Assembly: GCA_050015395.1 (NCBI GenBank)
Contig: JBEKBM010000024.1
Coordinates: forward strand, 1 to 50,949
Direction: 5' to 3'
Source of the DNA: Candidatus Bathyarchaeia archaeon
Lineage (GTDB): Archaea > Thermoproteota > Bathyarchaeia > Bathyarchaeales > Bathycorpusculaceae
Length of the DNA: 50,949 nucleotides
Numbering within the stretch: position 1 is the stretch's first letter; every line of letters begins with the position of its first letter. The notes under the pieces are model-generated. The model searched no databases, was not told the origin of the DNA, and saw only the letters and a program-made list of their open reading frames with translations. Made by a program: the position numbers and the translations under genes. This document shows positions 1-9,376 of this stretch, one piece after another.

Positions 1-129
1 ATCACCTCCATTAAGGCTTGTTTCAGCTATCCATTGACATTCTCATCTCTAAAAACTTAACTAAACCAAGAACAAGCTTCATTAGAAGAAATCAGCCTAA
101 AAACAATTAATGAACACTTATGCGCGCGC

Positions 130-385
130 AAAAGGCCGTGTGAAACTGATTATTGCCGATTCACAGTATTCTAGCGGAAACCTGAGGGGTCAAGCATCCT
201 CCCTGGGTGTTAGAGTGGTGATTCCTTTTCCAACAAATCAACTGCGAGAGCAGAAAGGACTGTTGAGAGTGGACAAGTACTTTAGAACTCATGGGCCAGC
301 TTACGAGAAGCGGGTTTACAGGCTGAGGTCTTCGATTGAGCGGGCTAATTCTAGACTCAAAGAACAGCTTTGTTTCGACCGTCGC
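130..385 (+). mobile_element. DDE transposase fragment (IS5/IS1182-like), internal/C-terminal part only
   Basis: ORF 110..418 contains IADSQYSS (second catalytic D region) and YRLRSSIERANSRLKE (Y-R-E-K signature). The N-terminus is missing; the fragment begins right after GCGCGCGC at 122-129. Confidence 0.8.
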
Positions 386-489
386 CCACCCTTTGGTGCT
401 TGCAATAGGAATAAATAGGGACTTCACATAGGTGCGCGCTCCAAATCGTGTTCCGCCTGGATTCGTTAGGATTTTGCCGCGCTCTTGAG

Positions 490-1092
490 TTACGCACCCA
501 ATCTTTCATAAATCTTTGTTCGGCTTTCCTCCGCCTTCTTGCTAACTTCTTCGTAAAGGTTGTTTCCATGCGAATCTATTGCAATCGTTAACGGACCGAA
601 CTCTTCTACTTCAAAGACCCACAGGGCTTCAGGCATGCCCAAGTCTGGGAGCCACTCCACTGTTTTCACGTTCTTTATGCACTTTGCGGCTAGTACTCCT
701 GCCCCGCCTGTGAAGGCTCCATAAACTGCTCCATACTTTTGCATGGCGTCGGTTGTTCTTTTGCCCATTCCACCCTTGCCTATGACTGCACGAACCTTGA
801 AGTTTTTAATGAATTCATCTTCAAACTGGTCCATTCGACTGCTTGTGGTTGGTCCAGCAGCCACTGTAACCCATTTGTCGTCTTCTTTTTTCATTATCGG
901 GCCGCAGTGAAAAACTGCCAAGCCTTCTAAGTTGATGGGTAAGGGTTTATCTTGTTTGACGAGTTCCAATGCTTTTTTGTGGGCTGCGTCTCGCGCTGTG
1001 ACCATAGTGCCAGATATGTAGAGAACATCGTTCACCTTCAGTTTGCGTACATCTTCCTCGGAAATAGGAGTCTTTAACTTGAAAACAGCCAA
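490..1092 (-). CDS. Fe-S class I fumarate hydratase / tartrate dehydratase beta subunit
   Basis: TARDAAH, HCGP, GPTTSSRM, GKGGM, LGMPEA and IDSHGNNL motifs. Confidence 0.93.
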   Translation of the reverse strand: MAVFKLKTPISEEDVRKLKVNDVLYISGTMVTARDAAHKKALELVKQDKPLPINLEGLAVFHCGPIMKKEDDKWVTVAAGPTTSSRMDQFEDEFIKNFKVRAVIGKGGMGKRTTDAMQKYGAVYGAFTGGAGVLAAKCIKNVKTVEWLPDLGMPEALWVFEVEEFGPLTIAIDSHGNNLYEEVSKKAEESRTKIYERLGA

Positions 1093-1103
1093 TATGTTTC
1101 ACC

Positions 1104-1994
1104 TCACTCAACAATATGCGTTAAATATTCAACTCTTCCATCTGAGTATATGCGCGCTGTCGCTCTCCGCGCTGCCCAACATTGGAAGACAACAGCCACT
1201 GGATAAGACGCTGGATGTCTGTGAGCATAGTCTATGTTCACACCTAAAACAGTGAATTTGCCGCCAAGTCCCATGGGCCCAATGCCTGTTGAATTTGCGT
1301 CTTCATAAAGTTCTCTCTCGATTTTTGCCAAGTCTGGATTCAGGTTGGGCTGGTTAAGTGGTCTAAGAACCGCCATCTTTGCCAGTTTAATGGCTATGTC
1401 TGCTCCTCCTCCAGCTGCTACGCCCACGATTGTTGGTGGGCAAGGCATGGCGCCGGCTTTGATTATCGCGCCTATAACGAATTTTTTTAAGCCGTTTACA
1501 CCCTCGCCGGGTGTTAACATTCCCAGCTGGGAAACGTTTTCTGAGCCTCCCCCTTTCGGAAATGCAGTTATTTCAATTGTGTCGCCTGGTACGATCTCCC
1601 AGTTTATGTATGGTATGAACTTTCCCGTGTTGTCGCCGCTGTTTTTTTGGGTAAATATGTCCACAGCATTCGGACGTAGCGGTATCTCCTTAGTGGCTCT
1701 TTTCACGGCGTTTCTGAGCGCAGACTCAACTTTATCTAAGCCTTTCGTTTGGGCGCCAGCTTTGACGTAAAATATTATTACGCCTGTGTCTTGACATATT
1801 GATGTGTTCTCTTTCTCAGCCAACTCGATGTTTTTCAATATGGCTTCGAGTTGAACCCTTCCTGTTTCACTCACTTCTTCTCGGTACGCCCTCTTAAGAG
1901 CCTCCTTTACGTCTTGCGGCAATTTTACAACAGCCAATCGCAACAAATTAACAGCCGTGTTTTCTATAACATCTTCAATTGTTTGATTCTTCAG
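1104..1994 (-). CDS. Fe-S class I fumarate hydratase / tartrate dehydratase alpha subunit
   Basis: ICQDTG, PKGGGSEN, PCPP, GIGPMGLGG and QCWAAR motifs. The frame stays open upstream of the called TTG (1946) to a CTG at 1994 preceded by GGAGG. Confidence 0.92.
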   Translation of the reverse strand: MKNQTIEDVIENTAVNLLRLAVVKLPQDVKEALKRAYREEVSETGRVQLEAILKNIELAEKENTSICQDTGVIIFYVKAGAQTKGLDKVESALRNAVKRATKEIPLRPNAVDIFTQKNSGDNTGKFIPYINWEIVPGDTIEITAFPKGGGSENVSQLGMLTPGEGVNGLKKFVIGAIIKAGAMPCPPTIVGVAAGGGADIAIKLAKMAVLRPLNQPNLNPDLAKIERELYEDANSTGIGPMGLGGKFTVLGVNIDYAHRHPASYPVAVVFQCWAARRATARIYSDGRVEYLTHIVE

Positions 1995-2234
1995 CGTTCT
2001 TCCTCCATGCGAAGACGCTAGTTATTAAAGTTTCTCACCCATAAATCTTGCGTCAAAAAATTGCCAACAATTGCGCCCACAAAATTGAGATTTAAAGCAA
2101 GTCAACTTGCTTTATGAGGAAACATATAGGCTTTCATGCTTTCAATGACTCTTCCGAGGCGCAAGTTCGCAGTAACACGCAATAATTCTTCTGATTCTAG
2201 GTGAAAGGCGTAAGCTTAGCGGTGTTCATGATTA

Positions 2235-2570
2235 CTATTGTTCTAATAACTCTTCTTCAGGTAATGACTGTTTTATTAAGCCTTCTTTCATTAGCAGTTT
2301 CACGGATTCTCTGGCGTTTTGGATTATTGCTACAGCTCTCTTATGAAGCTCTTGTCTACTTGGCTTGATTCTTGCTAAACCTTGCTCTATGGATTTCAAT
2401 GCCATGCTACTGCTTCTCTTGAAAAACTTCCCATTCCTCCATTCTTGGCAGAATATCCTCTTCATGCATCCCTCGTTCCTCTGCGAATTTTGCCAGTTTC
2501 TGAGCAGCTGTTATGCACATGTCATCTGTTACCGTTTTTGCCCTTACGTCTAAGACGCCGCGAAAGATGG
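2235..2570 (-). pseudogene. C-terminal remnant of NAD(P)-dependent malic enzyme, frameshifted
   Basis: Manual translation gives IFRGVLDVRAKTVTDDMCITAAQKLAKFAEERGMHEEDILPRMEEWEVF, then a frameshift, then ALKSIEQGLARIKPSRQEL. The 5' part is replaced by a transposase fragment. Confidence 0.85.
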
Positions 2571-3000
2571 GCATTCCATCAGCCTGTTTAGAAAGGCAGC
2601 AGCATACGTGAAGCCAAGAAAGCTTCTGACCGACTCACAGTACAGCGCTGCAAATTTGAGGGAAACAGCGTTAGATTGTGGAGCTTTGCAGGTTATTCCT
2701 TATCCGAAGAATCAACGCAAAGGCGTTAGAGGGATTCTGAGGATTGACAGGAAGTTCAGGAGTCACGGTTCCCAAAGGTTCAGAAGAGCTTACAAGAAAC
2801 GTGTGGCAATAAGCGAGTTTTTAGCAGACTCAAGAACTTCACCAGCCTCACGCAGCATAATCTGAGAGGATTAGCCAAAGTCCGGTTTCATTCAACTCTG
2901 CGTACTAATTATGCTTCTTATAGCTGACGCAACCTCAAACAATCACAACAATCCAAATCAAGAAGTATCAGGTACTTCGGAAATTAATTTAGGAATAACC
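2571..3000 (+). mobile_element. IS5/IS1182-like transposase 3' remnant with right terminal inverted repeat
   Basis: LTDSQYSA...YKKRVAI, frameshift, RVFSRLKN...HNLRGLAKV. It ends in TTAATTTAGGAATAACC (2984-3000), which resembles TTAATTTAGGGACAAGCC at 37820-37837. Confidence 0.8.
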
Positions 3001-3032
3001 ATGCGCGTAAAGTGCGTAAAATCCAGAGAGGG

Positions 3033-4916
3033 CTAACACCCCAATGCTTTTTTAACAGATGGGAATCGATTTATGTCCTTATGCGGAATAAAAGTAGCGT
3101 CTGCGAACTCATTGTTGAATTCCGGCTCGCTTGCAAGCTCGATATAGCGCACTTTTCTCGACAGTTCGTCGGCAGTTTTTCGGGCATCCTCCGATATTAG
3201 TAACATTTTTGCGCCGGACAAAGCAGTGTTGCCAACAAACCTTATCTTCTCGGTTGGTACATCCGGCACTAAACCTATCAGTTTTGCATTTTCTGGGTTG
3301 ATATAGCTTCCAAAAGAGCCTGCAACGAGAAGGCCATCGATCTCTTCTAGCTCAACATTTTTCTTGTCCATCAGAATCGAGCATCCGGCGAATATTGCTG
3401 CTTTGGCAAGCTGTATCTCGTTAATATCCTTTTGGGTGATGGTTATATCTAAGCCTGTTCCGCTTTCTTCCTTCCACACCAGAACAAACTCTAGGCCATC
3501 GTTGGCTCTTCTGAGCCTTGGCGTTCTAATATTAGCGTTAAATCTTGCACGCTCATTTATAACGCCCAGCTTGAACAGTTCCGCCAAAACATCAATCATC
3601 GCAGAGCCACATAATCCCCGTGGGCCCTCGTTATCAATTGTCTTGTATTTAACTTTGTAGTCTGATGTTATGGACACTTTTTCTATGGCGCCCGTTACAG
3701 CCCTTATTCCATGCTTAATTTGGCCTCCTTCAAAAGCTGGTCCGGAGGCACAAGAGCATGATAAAATGTCTTCGGAGTTTCCTACGAAAATCTCGGTGTT
3801 TGTCCCGATATCAAGGAGTAAAGAAAGCTCCTCTGATTCGTGAACGCAGTTTGCCAGCAAATCGGCAACGGCGTCTGCGCCCACAAACCCTGCAATAACT
3901 GGCGGAACATGGACATTGCCTTCTGGGCATATGTTTATTCCCAGTTCTCTAGCCTTAACATTTATTGAGCGCTTAAGGGCTGGTGTGAATGGAGAAATTG
4001 CAGCATATTTGGGATTTATTCCCAAAAAAAAGTGATGCATAGCCGTGTTTCCAACAGCTGTCACTTCATAGACATTTTGGGGATGAACTCCTACCTGAGC
4101 GCATGTGTAACTTAAAACGCTGTTTGTTCCCTCAACCAAAAGCTTTTGTAAGGTTTGCAGTTTATCAGCATCATTCGCTGAGAAGGTTATCCTAGAAACT
4201 ACATCTTCGCCATGAGTAATTTGGGGATTTTCAACAAAGCTCGTGCTTAGGGTCTTGCCCGTTGCCAAGTTTACTAGGCAGCCGACAATCTTGGAGGTGC
4301 CTATGTCCACAGCCAATCCGAAGACTTTGTCTGAGGTGTCGCCTTCCTCCACAGATATGATTTCACGGTCGCCTAAGAGGACGGCGGTGACATCCCATTC
4401 TGCCTGGCGGAGAATGTCGGGCAACTCCTTTAAGGCCTCATACCCTATTTCTAGCTCAGCGAATCCATAAGCATTTTTTACGTGGTCTATCAATCTCTCA
4501 AGGTCTGGTCTGGCATCAAGCAAAGTGGGTTTGGCTAATTTTAACCGGATCTTTTTTACGTAAGGTTTTAGCTGCAGAGGTATCTCTAAGCCGCTCACCT
4601 GAATTTTACGTGCCAAAATCCTGCTTTCCTCAGGAATCATCACTTTTGTACTCTTCTTCAAGATGGTGCGGCATGCGAGCCTATAGCCCAAGTCTATTTC
4701 CCCAAGTAATAAATGCTTATCTTCGTCTCCAGTTATCTCAGTGACAGCGCTCTTGTCTCGAACTATGACACGGCATTTCCCACATGCACCCTTCCCGCTA
4801 CATTCGGATCTGATGGTTACACCTGCCTTATGTGCCGCTTCAAGCAGACTGATTCCCGGCCTGACGTTTATTTTGCGTCCCGTCGGCTCAAACGTAACCG
4901 CGATGAGATTCTTCAT
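3033..4916 (-). CDS. ASKHA-family reductive activator of corrinoid proteins (RACo/RamA-like) with N-terminal 2Fe-2S domain
   Basis: CSGKGACGKC...RLAC 2Fe-2S domain, VDIGTS, GFVGAD, DIGTNTE, GPAFEG, GLCGS, IQLAKAAI, AGSFG. Likely start is ATG 4916 (MKNLIAVTFEP), not 5360. Confidence 0.92.
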   Translation of the reverse strand: MKNLIAVTFEPTGRKINVRPGISLLEAAHKAGVTIRSECSGKGACGKCRVIVRDKSAVTEITGDEDKHLLLGEIDLGYRLACRTILKKSTKVMIPEESRILARKIQVSGLEIPLQLKPYVKKIRLKLAKPTLLDARPDLERLIDHVKNAYGFAELEIGYEALKELPDILRQAEWDVTAVLLGDREIISVEEGDTSDKVFGLAVDIGTSKIVGCLVNLATGKTLSTSFVENPQITHGEDVVSRITFSANDADKLQTLQKLLVEGTNSVLSYTCAQVGVHPQNVYEVTAVGNTAMHHFFLGINPKYAAISPFTPALKRSINVKARELGINICPEGNVHVPPVIAGFVGADAVADLLANCVHESEELSLLLDIGTNTEIFVGNSEDILSCSCASGPAFEGGQIKHGIRAVTGAIEKVSITSDYKVKYKTIDNEGPRGLCGSAMIDVLAELFKLGVINERARFNANIRTPRLRRANDGLEFVLVWKEESGTGLDITITQKDINEIQLAKAAIFAGCSILMDKKNVELEEIDGLLVAGSFGSYINPENAKLIGLVPDVPTEKIRFVGNTALSGAKMLLISEDARKTADELSRKVRYIELASEPEFNNEFADATFIPHKDINRFPSVKKALGC

Positions 4917-5064
4917 TTGCGTTTCATCACAATGTTTACCCCTACGGCTAGATAACTTTTGTGAAAAGCAAGGGGCATTCTGTATTTGGAGCATTCTGCA
5001 TTTTCCCCTAGGGAGCAAGCTTTTTATTGACTGCACAGAGATAATAGCCAACGAGGAATCTTTG

Positions 5065-5700
5065 ATGGAAAGCTCCGACCTTGTTACTGCGTTAGCAGAC
5101 TTGAAAGAGGAAGAGGCGCTTAAGATTGTTGAAGAAAAGCTGAATGCAGGCGAAGATCCTTTCAAAATCTTGGAAGATGTTCGCCGTGGTATGGAAATCG
5201 TCGGCAAACACTTCGCAAATAATGAATACTTCATATCCGACCTACTATACGCTGGCGAGATATTGAGGGTCGTAACTGAGAAGGTAAAGCCCAAGCTAGC
5301 GACAACCAAGGAAGCTAAACGTTTAGGAAAGGTCATAATCGGCAGCGTAGAGGGAGACATTCATGACATCGGCAAGAACATAGTAGTTTTTATGCTTGAG
5401 GCCAACGGTTTCGAAGTTCACGACTTAGGGGTGGATATTCCACCAGAGAAATTTGTGGAGAAGATAAAGGAAACTGGTGCCACCATCGTAGGTTTAAGCG
5501 GGTTCCTGACATTGGTCTTTGACTCCATGAAAAAGACTGTGGAGGCCATGGAAAAAGCTGGTTTAAGGGGGAAGGTGAAAATTATGATAGGCGGCGGCCA
5601 GATAAACGAAGAGATAAGAAGGTATACCGGCGCCGACGCCTATGGCAGAGACGCCATAGATGCTGTAACCCTAGCTAAAAAGTGGGTTGTAGATGTCTAG
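5065..5700 (+). CDS. Corrinoid (B12-binding) methyltransferase cognate protein
   Basis: B12 cap domain plus GDIHDIGKNIV, DLGVD, GLSG and MIGGG motifs; likely start MESSDL at 5065 (or TTG 5062). Confidence 0.95.
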   Translation: MESSDLVTALADLKEEEALKIVEEKLNAGEDPFKILEDVRRGMEIVGKHFANNEYFISDLLYAGEILRVVTEKVKPKLATTKEAKRLGKVIIGSVEGDIHDIGKNIVVFMLEANGFEVHDLGVDIPPEKFVEKIKETGATIVGLSGFLTLVFDSMKKTVEAMEKAGLRGKVKIMIGGGQINEEIRRYTGADAYGRDAIDAVTLAKKWVVDV

Positions 5701-5713
5701 GAGGAGAGGGGGA

Positions 5714-7030
5714 ATGGAAGAAAAGCAAGAAGAACTGTTCAATCGTTGGTTTTCACCACAAGTCGAATTTGTGGACGAAAAAACTGAGGAAGCATACAAA
5801 GCGAGAGTAACTAGATTAAAAGATGCTATTCAGTATAAGAAGACGCCAGACAGGGTGCCTGTCTTTGCGCTTTTAGGCTTTTTTCCAGCCTACTACGCAG
5901 GGCTAACGCCATATGACATAATGCATGATTATAGTAAACTCGAGATAGCGTTCGAAAAATACGTGTCGGATTTTGAACCGGACGGGCATTGTGGCGCCAT
6001 AGGACCTGGTCCTGGAAAATTTTTTGAAATCCTCGACTATAAATTGTATGCCTGGCCCGGCCATGGGGTAGCACCTCAGCATTCATACCAATGCATCGAA
6101 GGAGAGTACATGAAAGCCGACGAATATGACGCTTTGATTCAGGATCCAACTTACTTCTTCTTGGCTACTTACTTCCCACGCATATTCGGCGCCATAGAAC
6201 CTTTCAAGGAGCTATCGCCCTTCACCAATGTGCTTGAAATGTATGGAGGCTTCACGCCTGTTAGTTTCACACCATTCGGCATGCCGGGCATCCAAGCTGC
6301 TCTTAAAGCACTTATGGAGGCTGGAAACGAATCCTTAAAGTGGATTGGACACGTTGTGGCGTCGGAAAGGAAGGTCACTGCCGCTGGATTCCCAGACATC
6401 TTCGGCGGAGGCACTAAGGCGCCGTTCGACACAATAGGTGACACCCTTCGGGGAACCAAGGGAATAATGCTGGACATGTATAGGCGGCATGACAAGCTTC
6501 TCCAAGCTATGGAGATCTTTACACCGCTAATGATTAGAATGGGGGCATCCGCTGCAAAGGCTAACGGGAATCCGATAGTGTTTATACCACTGCATAAGGG
6601 CGCTGACGGTTTCATCTCCAATAAACAGTTCGAAGAATTCTATTGGCCCACTCTTAAGAAAGTTATGATGGGCTTGATCAACGAGGGATGCGTACCATTT
6701 CTATACGCAGAGGGAAGCTACAATTCACGTCTAGAACTGATCAAAAATGATTTGCCAAAGGGCAAGACCTTATGGGGCTTTGACCAGACGGAGATGGCTA
6801 AAGCAAAGGAAATCATCGGCGATTCTGCCTGCATCTGCGGCAATGTCCCAACATCACTTCTGACCGTGGGAACTCCACAGGCGGTAAAAGATTACGCAAA
6901 AAAGCTCATCGAGACATGCAGCGAAGGCGGCGGCTTCATAATGATGAATGGAGCAGTCATTGACGAGGCAAAACCTGAAAACGTCAAGGCGATGATTGAG
7001 GCTACGAAAGAATTCGGCGCATACAAATAA
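5714..7030 (+). CDS. Uroporphyrinogen-decarboxylase-family corrinoid methyltransferase (MT1/O-demethylase-like)
   Basis: PDRVPV, APFDTIGDTLRG, FIPLHKG, FEEFYWPTLK, CICGNVP and GGGFIM motifs; directly follows the corrinoid gene; purine-rich RBS before ATG 5714. Confidence 0.8.
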   Translation: MEEKQEELFNRWFSPQVEFVDEKTEEAYKARVTRLKDAIQYKKTPDRVPVFALLGFFPAYYAGLTPYDIMHDYSKLEIAFEKYVSDFEPDGHCGAIGPGPGKFFEILDYKLYAWPGHGVAPQHSYQCIEGEYMKADEYDALIQDPTYFFLATYFPRIFGAIEPFKELSPFTNVLEMYGGFTPVSFTPFGMPGIQAALKALMEAGNESLKWIGHVVASERKVTAAGFPDIFGGGTKAPFDTIGDTLRGTKGIMLDMYRRHDKLLQAMEIFTPLMIRMGASAAKANGNPIVFIPLHKGADGFISNKQFEEFYWPTLKKVMMGLINEGCVPFLYAEGSYNSRLELIKNDLPKGKTLWGFDQTEMAKAKEIIGDSACICGNVPTSLLTVGTPQAVKDYAKKLIETCSEGGGFIMMNGAVIDEAKPENVKAMIEATKEFGAYK

Positions 7031-7139
7031 CAGCCCATAGTCCCGAAGCATCAGCCTATTTATCTATCACTCTTTCCTCTTTTTCCTCAATTTTAAGTCA
7101 GTAAATAGTCGTTCACTCTGCAAAAGAGAAAGTGAAATT

Positions 7140-8063
7140 CTAAAAAATTTTGTAGAGTGGATGGTTTCTCGTTTTGGTAACTATTCCTAGTTTTCTTGCT
7201 CCGTAGGCTATAAGGGCGTCTGTCATAGCACACGCAATAAACATGGTCTCAGAAAGCTCTATAGGTCCGTACAGCAAGAAGTCGGCGCCCATTGTTTGAG
7301 TCAGTATCCCGGAACCACCGGAACAGACTTCATATGCTAGGGGACCAAACTCGCCCTTTTTGACCCTTTTCCATGTGGTCACAGCGTTAGCCGCCCCGCA
7401 GCCAGCAGGCAACCCGAATTCACTTTTTACAAGTTGGATGGCTTTAGAGCATATGGCTATGCTGGGCATGTCCAGGACCGCAGTATCGACCAGAACCTTC
7501 TGTACGCCAGCTTCTTCAGCAACCTTTAAAAGGCCTTTTTGCCCAGATTCGCCCTTCAAAACGTCTACTCTTCCATCAGCCCACGGTTTCTTGGGGTTGA
7601 AAGCCATCAAAACAGCATTTTGCACACGGCAATCCTTAAGAAAGTTATTTTCCTCGTTTGAGACGTGAAAGTCTATGGAGTTGTAGATGGCCCTTTCTGC
7701 AAGCCCTATTTCCACAGCATGCTTCATCGACGGCATTCTAATCTGGGAAGTTACTCCATCGACGAGAAATGGACATTTTGTTATATCAGCCACAAAGTCG
7801 ATGTATTTAATTAGGGCCTCAGAAGTTTCGCCGACAACGTCGAGAATGTATGGATTCCCTGTTTTCTCAGACAGTTCCTCCACTTTATTGATTAAAGCTT
7901 CAGCTTGCTTTTTGTCGAAGTCGCCTTTCACATGATCGCTGACTATTTTATGCCCACTGTAGAAAATGCTTCCGATGAGAGCCGTTGGATACTCGCCTGG
8001 CTGTCCTCCGATGTTCACTCCAGCTATATTAAAGACTTTTTGCTCTTTTTCGAACTTAAACAA
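7140..8063 (-). CDS. MtrH-like methylcorrinoid:tetrahydropterin methyltransferase (stand-alone, MT2)
   Basis: MFKFEKEQKV..IGGQPGEYPTALIGSIFYSGH, PFLVDG, YNSI, LVDTAV and GADFLLYGPI motifs; no other mtr subunits nearby. Confidence 0.9.
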   Translation of the reverse strand: MFKFEKEQKVFNIAGVNIGGQPGEYPTALIGSIFYSGHKIVSDHVKGDFDKKQAEALINKVEELSEKTGNPYILDVVGETSEALIKYIDFVADITKCPFLVDGVTSQIRMPSMKHAVEIGLAERAIYNSIDFHVSNEENNFLKDCRVQNAVLMAFNPKKPWADGRVDVLKGESGQKGLLKVAEEAGVQKVLVDTAVLDMPSIAICSKAIQLVKSEFGLPAGCGAANAVTTWKRVKKGEFGPLAYEVCSGGSGILTQTMGADFLLYGPIELSETMFIACAMTDALIAYGARKLGIVTKTRNHPLYKIF

Positions 8064-8233
8064 GCCAACATCCCCTTACCTATATTATTGAAATCTCATT
8101 GAAGCCAAACGTTTAACGCGTGCGTTGAACCAAGGTTCCTCATGATTAGCCTTGGCAATCAAGAAATTATCTGTTTAAACACGCCATATTTAAAGTTAGT
8201 TGGCATCGAAGGTATAAATTTAATGAAAGCCCA

Positions 8234-8425
8234 GCTGAAAAGCTTCAATCTGGGACGGTGTGGGTCAACATGTGCACGGAAGTTCAACCTGAAGTGCCTT
8301 TTGGGGGCGTAAAGCAGAGCGGCCTTGGCCGTGAAAACGGCTTTGAGGGTCTTGAATGCTACATCGAGATGAAATCGGTGCAGGTAGACAATACAGCAAA
8401 GAAGAAGGCATGGTATTTCCCTTAA
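8234..8425 (+). pseudogene. C-terminal remnant (63 aa) of an aldehyde dehydrogenase
   Basis: Manual translation AEKLQSGTVWVNMCTEVQPEVPFGGVKQSGLGRENGFEGLECYIEMKSVQVD...YFP*, similar to the C-terminus of ALDH 31099..32547. Confidence 0.85.
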
Positions 8426-8573
8426 CAATAAACTCTTCAGTAACAAATATGATGAGCCAAATCCCCCTCCACAGATCTTTGCCACTTCCATTCATCGCTA
8501 ATGATAACGAGAATTTGAACGTCGTCCCAACGAGGGTCTTGGTAGCCCGGTTTGTCTGCTAACGGCAAGTGTG

Positions 8574-8609
8574 TAGCGCGTTTGAAGGTGCGCGCTAAGT
8601 TTATATATA
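8574..8609 (+). promoter_or_regulatory. TATA box of livG with an upstream TAGCGCG-N10-CGCGCTA inverted repeat
   Basis: TAGCGCG 8574-8580, CGCGCTA 8591-8597, TTTATATATA 8600-8609. Confidence 0.5.
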
Positions 8610-8644
8610 GTTGAAGCATGGATTTTACAGAAAGAGGCGGTGCA

Positions 8645-9376
8645 TTGAAGCTAATCGAAGGGATCGGCGTAACAAAGCGGTTCGGGGGGCTGGTCGCTTT
8701 AAACAATGTAGATTACTATGTTGACGAAGGCGAAATAGTTGGGCTAATAGGTCCTAATGGCGCTGGAAAAACCACACTTTTTAATGTAATCTCGGGTACC
8801 TTTCCGCCGACTAAGGGAACGTTAAAGTTTGAAGGGAAAAACGTAGTTGGTTTTGGAGCCCATAAGATTTGTAAATTAGGGATAACCAGAACATTTCAGA
8901 CACCAAAGCCCTTTCCAAACATGACTGTTTATGAGAACATTTTGGCAGCTGCTCGTTTTGGATGCACCAAGGATAAAAGTTTTTCTGACGTTGGGCAAGA
9001 GCTTAATCGAATACTGGAAAAGGTCGGGCTGACCGGGAAGAGCATGAAACGCGCTTCCGGTTTAACGGTTTTTGAGCTGAGGATGCTTGAGGTAGCAAGG
9101 GCGCTATCCACAAAGCCTAGACTACTACTGCTAGACGAGGTAATGGCGGGTCTAAACCCCAGCGAGACAGCAAGCATGATTAAGATAGTCAGGGAGCTAC
9201 GTGACGAAGAAGGCATAACCATTTTCATGATTGAGCATAACATGCGTGCAATAATGGAGATATCACACCGCATCATAGTACTCCAACAAGGAATGAAGAT
9301 AGCAGAAGGAGAACCAGAAGAGATAGTTAAGACCCCCCGAGTTATTGAGGCCTATTTGGGCGAGGCTTATGCTTGA
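8645..9376 (+). CDS. livG: Branched-chain amino acid-type ABC transporter ATPase
   Basis: KRFGGL, GPNGAGKTT, RTFQ, LLLDEVMAG, IEHNM, AYLG; likely TTG start at 8645. Confidence 0.92.
   Translation: MKLIEGIGVTKRFGGLVALNNVDYYVDEGEIVGLIGPNGAGKTTLFNVISGTFPPTKGTLKFEGKNVVGFGAHKICKLGITRTFQTPKPFPNMTVYENILAAARFGCTKDKSFSDVGQELNRILEKVGLTGKSMKRASGLTVFELRMLEVARALSTKPRLLLLDEVMAGLNPSETASMIKIVRELRDEEGITIFMIEHNMRAIMEISHRIIVLQQGMKIAEGEPEEIVKTPRVIEAYLGEAYA

Noticed and set aside
1-10. ATCACCTCC resembling the 3' end of 16S rRNA
   Set aside because: Only 9 nt at the window edge with no tRNA/23S-like sequence following; more simply a GGAGGTGAT Shine-Dalgarno site for a minus-strand gene starting just outside the window
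4741-5360. Long N-terminal extensions making the RACo and corrinoid ORFs overlap head-to-head
   Set aside because: The extensions are antisense read-through; recognisable domains begin at 4916 (minus) and 5065 (plus), leaving a normal divergent spacer
7140-8063. MtrH as evidence of a Mtr complex or methanogenesis
   Set aside because: No mtrA-G or mcr genes are present; stand-alone MtrH-like proteins act as MT2 enzymes in corrinoid systems
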